A DNA stretch of 63,198 nt. It comes from Burkholderiales bacterium (GTDB lineage: Bacteria > Pseudomonadota > Gammaproteobacteria > Burkholderiales > SHXO01). Below the pieces are notes generated by a model. It was given only the letters and a program-made list of their open reading frames with translations. It searched no databases and was not told where the DNA came from. Below, in pieces: positions 30,163-39,637 of this stretch. Position numbers and translations under genes: made by a program. The stretch's first letter is position 1, and each line of letters opens with the position of its first letter. Location: contig DATBMG010000032.1 of the NCBI GenBank assembly GCA_036554965.1, positions 1 through 63,198 of the forward strand. The letters are read 5' to 3'.

Positions 30163-30594
30163 TTACTGGACCGTGAGCCGCTTCTGTGCGGAGGCCGCCC
30201 GTTTGGGCAGGGTCAGCTCCAGCACGCCATTCTCGTACTTGGCCCGCGCGCCATCCTGGTCCACATCCTGGGCCAGGCTGAAGGCGCGGTATACCTTGCC
30301 GTAGAAGCGTTCGGTGCGCAGGACCTTCTCGCCCTGCTTTTCTTCCTTCTCGCGCTTGACCTCCGCGCTGATCGACACCTGGTTGCCGTCGATCGAAATC
30401 TGGATGTCCTCCTTTTTCACGCCCGGGACCTCGGCGTGGACCACGTATGCCTTGTCGTCTTCCTTCACGTCCATCTTGATGCGCATCTGGGAGTCGACGC
30501 CGCTCTCCACGCGCATCGGACGCAGGAAGAAGCCCTTGAACAGATCGTCTATGTCCTCGAAGGGATCCCAGCGGGTGATGTTTGCCATAGCCAT
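30163..30594 (-). CDS. Hsp20/alpha-crystallin family small heat-shock protein
   Basis: 143 aa with an alpha-crystallin domain (AEVPGVKKEDIQISI, GVLELTLPK). AGGAGG SD before ATG 30594. Confidence 0.9.
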   Translation of the reverse strand: MAMANITRWDPFEDIDDLFKGFFLRPMRVESGVDSQMRIKMDVKEDDKAYVVHAEVPGVKKEDIQISIDGNQVSISAEVKREKEEKQGEKVLRTERFYGKVYRAFSLAQDVDQDGARAKYENGVLELTLPKRAASAQKRLTVQ

Positions 30595-30658
30595 TGCCTC
30601 CTGTCGTATCTGGTCAGCCTCGCAGTGCAATAAATCGGGGGCCGGTGGCCCTACCGCG

Positions 30659-30688
30659 ATATATGGGCACCTGAGGGAGCCTTTCAAG
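30659..30688 (-). promoter_or_regulatory. Sigma-32 (RpoH) type heat-shock promoter for hsp20
   Basis: Minus strand reads CTTGAAA, then 14 nt, then CCCATATAT. This closely matches the CTTGAAA-N13/14-CCCCATnT consensus and lies about 65 nt upstream of the hsp20 ATG. Confidence 0.75.
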
Positions 30689-30746
30689 AGGCGGCCCGGC
30701 CCTCTCCAGCGCATTGTCGGCCGTCAAACCGCGCCCGATTCCCCGC

Positions 30747-33700
30747 TCAGCGCGCACCCTGGGGGGCCTGGCCGGCGGTACCGAGGGCGTCCAACAGATC
30801 GACCGGCAGTTTCAGGGTGTTGCCGAGAATGCCGAGCAGGCGCGCCGCTACCGCCTGCGGGGCGAGCGGCACAACCGCCGGATCGGTCACCGTACCGCGT
30901 ATGCGTACCGGAATCGCCACCAGCGTCCCGCCCAGCACACGGCCCAGGATCGGCACCCGCCGTACCACCGCATCGACCGTCTTCAACGGCGCGACCAACA
31001 GATCCAGATCCAGGGTGCCCGCGGCGAGGTCCGTCTGCCCCTGCGCCGCCAGCGTGACGGTCTCGGCGTCCAGCACGCCGTGCTCGAACAGCAGGCGGCT
31101 GCCTTCGATCCGCCCTTTCGTCTGCGCCGACTTGAAGGCCATCCCCTCGCGACTCAAATCGGGCAGGCGCCCACGCACCGCCTCGGTCACGTTGAGCACG
31201 GCGAACACACGGTTGAGCGTGGTGAAGGCGAGAATGCGCCCGTCGCGGGCGTCGAGCTGGAAGTCGCCCTGCATGCGGTCGAGCAGCAGAGCGGGCGGGC
31301 CTTCCGAGGCAAAGCGCACATCCATGTCGAAGCCGCCGGTGGCGGCGATGCGGCGCTCGGTCAGGCAGGGAACGGACGCCTCCAATCGCGCGCCGCGGCT
31401 AGACAGCTCCCCTTCCAGCCGCGCCTGGCTGGGCCCTGCCGTGAGCCGTGCCTTCAGGGCGATGCCGCACAGCGCCGCGCGTTGTACGACGAGGTCCAGG
31501 CGGCCGCTCTCGAGCGTGCCGGCGGCCAGCAATGGCATCACCTCGAATTGACCGATCCCGACACGATCCAGATGCACGCGCACGCTCCCCCAAACGGGAA
31601 GGTCTGCTGCGAGCAGCCGCGGCAGAACCCCGCGCGCGTCTGCGTCCGACGCAGGGGCTTGCCCCGCGTCGGCTTTCTGCCCGCCCCAGGCGGGTGCCAC
31701 GATCGATTTTCCCTGCAGCAGGAGATCCACGAGATAGCGGTCTTCTGCGGAGGCCACGGTTCCACTCAGCACCGCGTCAGTGCCCGGCCCCTCGATGCGG
31801 GCCGAGTCGATCCGCAGCAGCGCGCCGTCGGCCTCGAGCGAGAAGCGCTCGATGCGCCAGGGTACGGTTGCGGGCAACGGCGCATCGATGCCCTCCCCCT
31901 GCAGCCGCCCCAGCGCCCGGCTCGCGCGAGGAGAGTCGCGATCCAAGTCGAACGCGATGTCCCCGCTGAGCGTGCGAAACGGCACCGGCGCAGCGGGCAG
32001 CAGACGGCGGACGGACGCGGCGGTGAGGGCGCCTGTGAACGCTGCCCGCACCCGCCGTTCGCCGAGCGTGACGCGGACCGTCGCATCGGACTCGGCGTCG
32101 CGCAAGGCGACCCGGTTCAGCTCGACGCGGCCATCCGCCTCGCTCCGCAGATCGAACTCCAGCCGCACGCCATCCGGTGACTGCACCGCGCCTTGCGCGG
32201 CGAATGCTTTGTCGGGCGTCATTTGTACGCGCACGCGATCGAGCTGGAGCGGCACGGCCGGTCGTGCCTGCGCCGGCACGTCATAGCGCGCCTGCAGCCA
32301 GTCCAGCAGCGGCTGGTCCAGCCTGCCGCTGATCTCGGCCCGGCGCAGTCGATAGCCGTCCTCGACCCGCTCCAGCCGCCCGCCGATTCGCAAGGCCGAG
32401 CCGAGTGCCATGGCACTCACGTCGCTGCCGGTCAGCGCCTCGGGCTCGATGCGCAACGCGCCGCCGTCCAGCCGCACAGTGTCCTCCAGTTCGCGCGCGC
32501 GGATCACGACGTCCCTGGGAACCGCCTCCCCGCGGTAGCGCAGCCGCCCCGGCTCGGCGAGCGCGCCTTCGATCGACGCGAGCGACACCGCCGCCCGGCC
32601 GCGTCGCACGCTGTAGCCTTCGAGCCGAGGTGCGATCGCTGGTTGTCGCGCGAGCCATCGATACAGCTCGGTTAGCGCGACATCGGCGCGGCCGCCAGTG
32701 AGCCGCAGCCGGTACGGCGCCCGCAACTCGAGCGTGCCGGTGAGCGCGCTGAAGATCGAACCGCCGAGCCGTCCGGCCAGGCCTTGCGCCGACAACACGC
32801 GGCCGTCGTAACGCGCCGCACCTCCGGAAACCGCGAGCGCATACGGGAGCGCGTCGTGCACGACGGTGAAGTCGGGCTGCGACAGCGCCACGGCCGCCAG
32901 CGGCGCTTGCAGCGTCCCGTTCAGTTCGACCTGGGCGAGCACGCGCCCTTCCAACCGTCGCACTCGAGCGAGCTGCCGCCGTGCAGACTCCGCGCGCACC
33001 GCACCCCGCGCCAGTCGCAGCGCTTCCTCGAGCTGGACCGTCAGGTCCACGCGGCCCTGCAGCGGATGCGTCGACCCAGTAAGCTGGGCCGAGAGCTCGG
33101 CGCTGCGAATACGTGATGCGCCGACCGCACCCTGCAAGCGCTCGATGCGCAGCACGCCATCGGCATAGGCGGCCTTGCCTGCGAGTTCCCGCGCCGCGGC
33201 GTCGAAGCGCGGCAGATCAAGGGCCACCTGCTCGAACGCCGCAGCTGCCGTCAGGCGCTCGGGGCGCCACAGCTCGCCCGGGGAATCCGCCCTTGCGCTC
33301 ACTTCGATGTCGATCGCGCCCTGGCGCGGAACGGCGTGGGTCCTGACCGCCTGCGCCAGCCGCGGTGCGAGCCCTTCGAACAGCGGCCACCACTCGCCCA
33401 GCGCCAGGCGCGCGGCCTGCAGGCGCAGCGCGTAACCGTCGTCGCCGGCGCTGAATGCCCCCTTCGAAACGAGGGATGGCGTCTTGCTCGCCAGCGAATC
33501 CAGCGTCACGTTCAGGTTGCCGCGTGCGTATGCCGCCACCGCCTTCAGCGCGGCACCCTCGATGGTCAGCGCCTCTCCCGCCGCAGTGAGCTGGAGGCGC
33601 GCGGCGCTGGCGTCGAAGTTGACAGTCAACTGCGACGCGCCGCGCATCGTGCCGAGCAGGCGCAGGTCCAGTTTGCCATCGATGCCATAGGCATCCGGTT

Positions 33701-34466
33701 GTCTGGGCAAGAAGCCTTGCAGCACGGCGAGGCGCACGCCGCCGAGATCGAGCTCGATGCGGCCTTCCAGCGCCTCGTGCGCCAGCCGCAGCTTGCCTCC
33801 GAGGTGCTCGACCGGCTCGGAGGTCGCTCGTGCGCTCAGCTCGATCCCGTCCGATCGGGAGGCGAGCACCGCGTCTAGATTGCGCAGCACCAAGGCCGGG
33901 CCCTGCGCCGGGCGCAGATCCAGCTCGCCGTCGGCAATCTCCAGGTCCATGCCCGGCGCCAGCACCGCGAGCCGGTTCAGTGCGCCCCGCAGTCGTGCGT
34001 CGATGGTCTCCGGCGTGAGGCGCTCGCCCTCGCGCCGAGCCTCTGGCAGGAACAGCACCACGCGCGGGGAGCGCAGTTGCACCGCTCCAACGCGCACCTC
34101 GCCGGCGAGCAGCGGCAGCCAGGCGAGCCGCACTTCGACCTGTGCCGCCTGCGCTTCGACGCGACTCGGCAGCACCCAGTGCACATCCCGCAATGTCAAG
34201 CCGGGCCGCGGGAAGAACTCGAGCTGCAGGTGCTGGTACCCCAGCCCGCCCGGCACGCTGCGGTGGAGCTGCGCAAGCAGGGGCTCCTTGACCGCGTCGG
34301 CGTTGAGCCAGAGGGGCGCGGACAGCAACGCTGCGACTGCGACGAGGATGAGCGCGCCCAGCGTGCCAGACAGCCACAACAAGAGGCGGCGCGTTGCGGA
34401 CGCCCGGCGCGGAAGGCCTTGGATCGCGGCGCTATGTTGCGGCTGCTGACGCTGCACTCCCCACAT
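30747..34466 (-). CDS. Large AsmA-like (YhdP/TamB superfamily) envelope protein
   Basis: 1239 aa with an N-terminal TM anchor, a long beta-rich repetitive body and an AsmA-like C-terminal region ([25 protein letters not shown]...IRGTVTDP). Confidence 0.7.
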   Translation of the reverse strand: MWGVQRQQPQHSAAIQGLPRRASATRRLLLWLSGTLGALILVAVAALLSAPLWLNADAVKEPLLAQLHRSVPGGLGYQHLQLEFFPRPGLTLRDVHWVLPSRVEAQAAQVEVRLAWLPLLAGEVRVGAVQLRSPRVVLFLPEARREGERLTPETIDARLRGALNRLAVLAPGMDLEIADGELDLRPAQGPALVLRNLDAVLASRSDGIELSARATSEPVEHLGGKLRLAHEALEGRIELDLGGVRLAVLQGFLPRQPDAYGIDGKLDLRLLGTMRGASQLTVNFDASAARLQLTAAGEALTIEGAALKAVAAYARGNLNVTLDSLASKTPSLVSKGAFSAGDDGYALRLQAARLALGEWWPLFEGLAPRLAQAVRTHAVPRQGAIDIEVSARADSPGELWRPERLTAAAAFEQVALDLPRFDAAARELAGKAAYADGVLRIERLQGAVGASRIRSAELSAQLTGSTHPLQGRVDLTVQLEEALRLARGAVRAESARRQLARVRRLEGRVLAQVELNGTLQAPLAAVALSQPDFTVVHDALPYALAVSGGAARYDGRVLSAQGLAGRLGGSIFSALTGTLELRAPYRLRLTGGRADVALTELYRWLARQPAIAPRLEGYSVRRGRAAVSLASIEGALAEPGRLRYRGEAVPRDVVIRARELEDTVRLDGGALRIEPEALTGSDVSAMALGSALRIGGRLERVEDGYRLRRAEISGRLDQPLLDWLQARYDVPAQARPAVPLQLDRVRVQMTPDKAFAAQGAVQSPDGVRLEFDLRSEADGRVELNRVALRDAESDATVRVTLGERRVRAAFTGALTAASVRRLLPAAPVPFRTLSGDIAFDLDRDSPRASRALGRLQGEGIDAPLPATVPWRIERFSLEADGALLRIDSARIEGPGTDAVLSGTVASAEDRYLVDLLLQGKSIVAPAWGGQKADAGQAPASDADARGVLPRLLAADLPVWGSVRVHLDRVGIGQFEVMPLLAAGTLESGRLDLVVQRAALCGIALKARLTAGPSQARLEGELSSRGARLEASVPCLTERRIAATGGFDMDVRFASEGPPALLLDRMQGDFQLDARDGRILAFTTLNRVFAVLNVTEAVRGRLPDLSREGMAFKSAQTKGRIEGSRLLFEHGVLDAETVTLAAQGQTDLAAGTLDLDLLVAPLKTVDAVVRRVPILGRVLGGTLVAIPVRIRGTVTDPAVVPLAPQAVAARLLGILGNTLKLPVDLLDALGTAGQAPQGAR

Positions 34467-34781
34467 CGGACGGGTCTTGCGTGCGAATCCCCTCCGACAG
34501 CGCCCGTGCAGCCGCCCGTGATTGAGATCCGATGCGCCAGGTTAGCAGACCTGCGCAACTACGGCGCGAGGTCCGCTCGAAGCGGAGCCGCACGCCCATC
34601 ACTCGCAGATCAACAACGATTCACGGCAGCGCGCCGCCGCATCCAAGCAACGCCGGCACCCGTATCACGCGGAGCAGGCGGCCTGGAGAACGCGGATCCG
34701 GCCCTGGCCACCTTGCCGCGCCCGCACGCTCCCCGCGGCCGCGCACCGCACGCCGGCCGCATCCTTTCACGGAGAAGTGCA

Positions 34782-35042
34782 ATGGATACTCCCAAGCTTG
34801 CCCTTGCGGCCGCGGCTGCGGCGCTGTTCATCGCCGGGTGTACCACCCAGGGCGGCGGCAGCACGATGCAGACGGCGGACGCCGGAACGGTGAAGGTGAA
34901 GTGCTATGGCGCCAACGCCTGCAAGGGCCAGGCCGAGTGCAAGACGGCGATGAACGAGTGCAAGGGCCACAACGCCTGCAAGGGCAAGGGCTTCTTGAGC
35001 ATGACCGAGAAGGACTGCGTGGATCGCCTCGGACGCGCTTGA
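34782..35042 (+). CDS. Cys-rich secreted RiPP precursor of the bufferin type (BufA-like), with a lipobox
   Basis: GGAGAAG SD, then ATG. The 86-aa product starts [20 protein letters not shown] (IAGC lipobox). The core [40 protein letters not shown] has six Cys. It lies immediately upstream of the MNIO/DUF2063 pair. Confidence 0.8.
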   Translation: MDTPKLALAAAAAALFIAGCTTQGGGSTMQTADAGTVKVKCYGANACKGQAECKTAMNECKGHNACKGKGFLSMTEKDCVDRLGRA

Positions 35043-35050
35043 GGCGTGGC

Positions 35051-35090
35051 GGGAAGCCGGTCGTGCCCGCCGGCTTCCCGCTCTTTTCTC
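35051..35090 (+). terminator. Intra-operon hairpin plus T-tract between the precursor and the MNIO gene (candidate attenuator/partial terminator)
   Basis: Perfect 10-bp stem gggaagccgg / ccggcttccc (35051-35060 and 35070-35079), 9-nt loop, then gctcttttctc. Confidence 0.6.
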
Positions 35091-35092
35091 GT

Positions 35093-35977
35093 ATGCGCCG
35101 AGACGCACTCTTGCCGGACCGCACGGCCCCGCCGCCGGACCGAGGATTGACCTTGCCGAGCGCGGGCTTCGGCCTGGGGCTGCGCACCGCACACTACGAA
35201 GCGATCGCGGCTGAACGGCCCGCGGTCGACTGGTTCGAGATCCTGACCGAGAACTACCTGGTGCCCGGCGGGCGGCCCCTGCAATGGCTGGACCGGATCG
35301 GCGCCGACTATCCGCTCGCCATGCACGGCGTGTCGCTGTCGGTCGGCAGCACCGATCCCCTCGACCTCGACTATCTGCGCGCGGTGAAGGCGTTGGCGCA
35401 GCGCGTCGCCCCGCTGTGGATCTCCGATCATCTGTGCTGGACCGGCGTGGCCGGCAAGAATCTGCACGACCTGCTGCCGTTGCCCTACACCGAACCGGCG
35501 CTGCGCCACGTGGTGGCGCGCGTTCAGGCGGCGCAGGAGTTGCTGGGGCAGCGCATCCTGCTGGAGAACGTCTCCAGTTACGTGGAGTTCAAGGATGCCG
35601 AGATGACCGAGTGGGAGTTCCTGGCGCAGGTGGCGCGGCAGGCCGACTGCCTGATCCTGCTGGACGTCAACAACATATATGTCAGCGCCTGCAACCATGG
35701 CTTCGCGGCCGACAACTACCTAACCGGCATCCCGGCCGAGCGCGTGCAGCAGATTCATCTGGCGGGACACAGTCATTGCGGCGAGTACATCATCGACACC
35801 CATGACGCGCCCGTGGCCGACCCGGTGTGGGCGCTGTACGAGCGCGCGGTCGGGCGCCTGGGCCCGGTGGCCACCATGATCGAGCGCGACGATCGCATTC
35901 CTCCGCTGGCGGAGTTGCTGGCCGAGCTCGAGCGGGCGCGCGCGCTCGGCGCCCGTGTGCAGGCCAGGCAGGCATGA
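35093..35977 (+). CDS. MNIO family (DUF692) multinuclear non-heme iron oxidative enzyme, BufB-like
   Basis: Motifs [52 protein letters not shown] and IHLAGHS. Start is ATG 35093, or in-frame TTG 35153, which has a better SD (GAGGA). Confidence 0.88.
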   Translation: MRRDALLPDRTAPPPDRGLTLPSAGFGLGLRTAHYEAIAAERPAVDWFEILTENYLVPGGRPLQWLDRIGADYPLAMHGVSLSVGSTDPLDLDYLRAVKALAQRVAPLWISDHLCWTGVAGKNLHDLLPLPYTEPALRHVVARVQAAQELLGQRILLENVSSYVEFKDAEMTEWEFLAQVARQADCLILLDVNNIYVSACNHGFAADNYLTGIPAERVQQIHLAGHSHCGEYIIDTHDAPVADPVWALYERAVGRLGPVATMIERDDRIPPLAELLAELERARALGARVQARQA

Positions 35978-36753
35978 GCCTCCGCGCTTTGCAGGATGCC
36001 TTCCAAGCGTACGTGTTGCACGGGGCGGCACCGATCCGCGAGCGCGTCGCGCCGGGACCGCTGCACAACGCCGAGCGGCGCCTGCGGATCTACTACGACG
36101 CCTATCGGCTGCGGCTGATCGAGGCGCTCGCCAGCGATTACGAGACGCTGCGCGCCGCGCTGGGCGAGGAGGCGTTCCGGACTGCGGCCTTGGCGTACGT
36201 GCAAGCGAATATGTCGCAGTGGCGCAACGTGCGCTGGTACGGTGCGCGGCTACCGGACTTCCTGCGCGACACCGCGCCGTGGAGCGACCGCGTCTGGCTC
36301 AGCGACATCGCGCACTTCGAGTGGACGCTGACGCTGGCTTTCGATGCCGCGGACGCGTCCCGCCTGACCTTCGCCGAGCTCGCCACGCTGCCGCCCGAGG
36401 CGTGGGCGGCGCTCGCCTTCCGGCTGCACCCGTCCGTGCATCTGCTGCGGCTGTCGAGCAACGCCCCGGCGATGCGCAAGGCGGTGGACGCGGGCGCCGC
36501 ACTTCCCGCCATCGAGACCTACGATTCGCCCGTCGAGTGGCTCGTCTGGCGCAACAGCCTTACCGTGTCTTTTCGCTCGCTGCCGGTCGCGGAGCGCTAC
36601 GCCCTCGTCGCGGCGCAGCGCGCCAAGAGCTTCCCGGCGATCTGCGAAGGCATCTGCGCGTTCGTCCCTGCCGACGAAGCGCCTGCGCTCGCCGCCGGCT
36701 GGCTGCGCACCTGGGTGGACGACGGGTTGATCAGCGCAGCGCTGCTGCCCTAG
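35974..36753 (+). CDS. DUF2063 family protein (MNIO partner/precursor-recognition subunit, BufC-like)
   Basis: 259 aa with [10 protein letters not shown] and [21 protein letters not shown] overlap with the MNIO gene. Confidence 0.85.
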   Translation: MSLRALQDAFQAYVLHGAAPIRERVAPGPLHNAERRLRIYYDAYRLRLIEALASDYETLRAALGEEAFRTAALAYVQANMSQWRNVRWYGARLPDFLRDTAPWSDRVWLSDIAHFEWTLTLAFDAADASRLTFAELATLPPEAWAALAFRLHPSVHLLRLSSNAPAMRKAVDAGAALPAIETYDSPVEWLVWRNSLTVSFRSLPVAERYALVAAQRAKSFPAICEGICAFVPADEAPALAAGWLRTWVDDGLISAALLP

Positions 36754-37193
36754 TCTTCCTGCAGCAGCGGTCGCACCTCGGCGCTGACCGGCACCTCCAC
36801 GCGCTTGCCGGCCTGCTCGACGATCAGAGTCAGCGCCACGCGCTCGCCCGGCTTGAGCGGCTTGGCAATATCGAACAGCATCACGTGGAAGCCGCCCGGC
36901 TCGAGCTTCACCGTCCGGTTCGCAGGCAGGTCGAGCGCTTCGACCTTGCGCATCTTCATCACGCCCCCGGCGTGGCTCATCTCGTGCACTTCCGCCGCTG
37001 CTGCGGCGCGGCTGCGCACACCCACCAGGCGCGATGCGCGATCGGCCTTGAGCAGCATGTAGACGCCGGCCACCTTCTGGCCCGGCATGGTGGCGCGCGC
37101 CCAGGCCTCGCTCACCTCCACCGCGGCGCGCACGCCGCCGGCGACCAGCCACAGGGCCACCGCCGAAGCGGCAAGTGCATGTCGTGCTTTCAT
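36750..37193 (-). CDS. Periplasmic copper chaperone PCu(A)C (DUF461)
   Basis: 147 aa with a signal peptide and the H(M)x10Mx21HxM-type motif (EVHEMSHAGGVMKM...GGFHVML). Its stop overlaps the bufC-like stop through a shared CTAG. Confidence 0.88.
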   Translation of the reverse strand: MKARHALAASAVALWLVAGGVRAAVEVSEAWARATMPGQKVAGVYMLLKADRASRLVGVRSRAAAAAEVHEMSHAGGVMKMRKVEALDLPANRTVKLEPGGFHVMLFDIAKPLKPGERVALTLIVEQAGKRVEVPVSAEVRPLLQED

Positions 37194-37288
37194 CGCGGAT
37201 CGAGGCGCCTGCGGCGAATCGGGAGTGCGAGCTTACCAGAGCGCGGGCGGCAGGGGCCCCGGCTTGCTGCGCTATAATCGCACCTGCG

Positions 37289-38410
37289 ATGCAGCGTCTT
37301 TTCCTTCTGGTCGCGCTGCTCGCCACCGGCGCGACCGCGCAGATTCCGGTAGCGCCGCCGAGCGTCGCCGCCAAGAGCTGGCTGCTATTCGACCTGCAGA
37401 GCCAGCAGGTTATCGTGGAACGCGCCGCCGGTGAGCGTATCGAGCCGGGTCCGCTCACCAAGCTGATGAGCGCGTACCTGGTGTTCGACGCGCTCGAGCA
37501 GAAACGGCTCACGCCGGACGGAACCCTGCACGTTTCGGCCAACGCGGTGCGCACGCCCGGCGCGCGCATGTACCTTAAGGCCGACACGCGGGTGGCCACC
37601 GACGAGCTGCTGCGCGGCATGATCGTGGTGCCGGCGAACGACGCCACGGTCGCGCTGGCGGAGGCGGTGGCCGGCAGCGAGCAGGCCTTCGTCGAGCGCA
37701 TGAACTTGCAGGGGCGGCGGTTGGGTTTGCGCGACACCGTGTTCGCCAACGCCACCGGTCTGCCGCACCCGCAGCACACCTCTACCGCCGCCGACCTGGC
37801 GCGGCTCGCCGCCGCACTGGTGCGCGACTACCCGCAGCACCTGCCGCTGTACCAGTTGCGCAGCTTCACCTACAACGGCGTGACCCAACCCAACCTCAAC
37901 TGGCTGCTCGGGCGCGATCCGCGCGTGGACGGGCTCGCTGTGGGCTTCACCGAGGACGGCGGTTTCAGCCTGGTGGCCACTGCGCGCCGTGACGATCGCC
38001 GGCTGCTCGCGATCGTCACCGGGGCCTCCTCGGAGAACCTGCGCGCCATGGAGGCGCAGAAGCTGCTCAACTACGGCTTCCAGCACTATCAGACCGCATT
38101 GCTGTACGCACGCGGCGCTGCAGTCGCCGAACTGCCCGTGTGGAAGGGCAGCGCGAAGAAGCTGAGCGCGGGCGTGGAGCACGACCTATTCGTGTCGGTT
38201 CCGCGCGGGCAGGCCAACCTGCTTAAGGCCACGCTGGTGAGCGAGCAACCTCTGCTGGCGCCGGTGAGCCCGGGGCAGCGGGTGGGCGTGCTGGCCGTGA
38301 CTTTCGACGGCCGGCCGCTCGGCGAGTATCCTGTGGTGGCGCTGCAGAGCGTGAGCGTGGCCAACCTGTTCGTGCGCATGTGGGACAGCTTGCGCCTGCT
38401 GTTCGATTGA
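37289..38410 (+). CDS. PBP5/6-like D-alanyl-D-alanine carboxypeptidase homolog (S11 fold) with all three catalytic motifs substituted; predicted to be non-catalytic
   Basis: 373 aa that aligns along its whole length with my recollection of E. coli DacA, including the C-terminal domain. SxxK is PLTK (P55), SxN is PAN (P115) and KTG is AVG (A217-V218). Confidence 0.85.
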   Translation: MQRLFLLVALLATGATAQIPVAPPSVAAKSWLLFDLQSQQVIVERAAGERIEPGPLTKLMSAYLVFDALEQKRLTPDGTLHVSANAVRTPGARMYLKADTRVATDELLRGMIVVPANDATVALAEAVAGSEQAFVERMNLQGRRLGLRDTVFANATGLPHPQHTSTAADLARLAAALVRDYPQHLPLYQLRSFTYNGVTQPNLNWLLGRDPRVDGLAVGFTEDGGFSLVATARRDDRRLLAIVTGASSENLRAMEAQKLLNYGFQHYQTALLYARGAAVAELPVWKGSAKKLSAGVEHDLFVSVPRGQANLLKATLVSEQPLLAPVSPGQRVGVLAVTFDGRPLGEYPVVALQSVSVANLFVRMWDSLRLLFD

Positions 38411-38431
38411 AACCGCAACGAGGACAGCCGC

Positions 38432-39337
38432 ATGCACTTCGAGCTTCCCCCCGGCGTGGCCGACGGCATCGTCTACCTGAACGGCGAGTTCCTGCCGCTG
38501 TCGCAGGCCCGCATCCCGGTGCTGGACCGGGGCTTCATTTTCGGCGACGGCGTCTACGAGGTGATCCCGGTGTACGCGCGCCGGCCGTTCCGCGTCGGCG
38601 AGCACCTGCGCCGCCTGCAGCGCAGCCTGGACGGCATCCGGCTCGCCAATCCCTATCCGGAAGGCGAATGGCGGCGCCTGATCGAAGAGCTGATCGCCCG
38701 CTGCCCGCACCGTGACCAGAGTCTCTATCTGCAGGTCACGCGCGGCGTGGCCAAGCGCGATCACGCGTTTCCGAAAGACACGCCGCCTACCGTGTTCATG
38801 ATGACCAACGTCCTGTCCACGCCCTCCACCGAGCAGGTGGAGAAAGGCGTGGCCGCGGTCACCGCCGAGGACAACCGCTGGCTGCGCTGCGACATCAAGT
38901 CGATCGCGCTCCTGGGCAACGTGCTGTTGCGCCAGCAGGCGGTGGACGCGGGCGCGGTCGAAACCATCCTGTTCCGCGACGGCGCCCTCACCGAGGGTGC
39001 GGCCAGCAACATCTTCGTGGTGCGGCGGGGCGTGCTCCTCACGCCGCCCAAGAGCCATCTCATGCTGCCCGGCACGACCTACGACGTGATCCTCGAGCTG
39101 GCGCGCAACGCCGGCATGCCGTGCGAGGTGCGCGCGGTTGCCAAGGAGGAAGTGCTGAGCGCCGACGAGCTGTGGCTCACCTCCGCCACGCGCGAAGTGC
39201 TCGCCGTCACCGCCTTGGACGGCAAGCCGGTGGGCACGGGCTCGCCGGGGCCGGTGTTCCGGCGCATGTACCGGCTGTTCGCCGATTTCAAGGCGGAACT
39301 CGAGCGCGGGCTCGACGCCGTACCTGGACACCGTTGA
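38432..39337 (+). CDS. dat: Class IV (fold type IV) aminotransferase, D-amino-acid transaminase-like
   Basis: 301 aa with DRGFIFGDGVYEVIP and LTEGAASNIFVV, in the conserved dacA-dat-ybeD-lipB context. Confidence 0.75.
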   Translation: MHFELPPGVADGIVYLNGEFLPLSQARIPVLDRGFIFGDGVYEVIPVYARRPFRVGEHLRRLQRSLDGIRLANPYPEGEWRRLIEELIARCPHRDQSLYLQVTRGVAKRDHAFPKDTPPTVFMMTNVLSTPSTEQVEKGVAAVTAEDNRWLRCDIKSIALLGNVLLRQQAVDAGAVETILFRDGALTEGAASNIFVVRRGVLLTPPKSHLMLPGTTYDVILELARNAGMPCEVRAVAKEEVLSADELWLTSATREVLAVTALDGKPVGTGSPGPVFRRMYRLFADFKAELERGLDAVPGHR

Positions 39338-39344
39338 GCGCCTC

Positions 39345-39614
39345 ATGGCCGATCCGCAGGTCTCCCCGATCGAGTACCCGGTCGACTTCCCGATCAAGGT
39401 GATGGGGAAGAACACCTCCGGCTTCGCCCAGATCGTCACGGCGATCGTGCTGCGTCACGCCCCCGACTTCGATCCCGCCAGCGTCGAGATGCGGCCCAGC
39501 CGCAAGAACAATTATCTCAGCGTAACCTGCGTGGTGCGCGCGCGCTCGCGCGAGCAGCTCGATGCGCTGTACACCGAGTTGAGCGGCCATCCGGCCGTGG
39601 TGATGGTGCTCTGA
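39345..39614 (+). CDS. ybeD: YbeD family (DUF493) protein
   Basis: 89 aa with [11 protein letters not shown]. Precedes lipB. Confidence 0.85.
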   Translation: MADPQVSPIEYPVDFPIKVMGKNTSGFAQIVTAIVLRHAPDFDPASVEMRPSRKNNYLSVTCVVRARSREQLDALYTELSGHPAVVMVL

Positions 39615-39637
39615 AGGCCCTTTTTGCGGGAGAGGAT

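Noticed and set aside
30595-30652. A possible ROSE-like RNA thermometer in the hsp20 5' UTR.
   Set aside because: I could not find the characteristic U(U/C)GCU anti-SD hairpin by eye. The sigma-32 promoter alone explains heat induction.
34467-34781. An ECF-sigma or CueR/CopR-type operator upstream of the bufferin precursor.
   Set aside because: Only weak partial matches were seen (for example ggagaac ... cacc). There was no clear dyad or GGAAC-N16/17-CGT pattern, so a call would be speculative.
35232-35245. A tRNA T-arm-like string (ggttcgagatcc).
   Set aside because: It lies inside the MNIO coding sequence, where it encodes WFEIL. No acceptor or anticodon stems can be folded around it.
37273-37291. 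A TATAAT box 10 nt upstream of the dacA-like ATG, suggesting a nearly leaderless mRNA.
   Set aside because: No acceptable -35 element at 17 +/- 2 nt was found, and a single hexamer match is expected by chance. Left unannotated.
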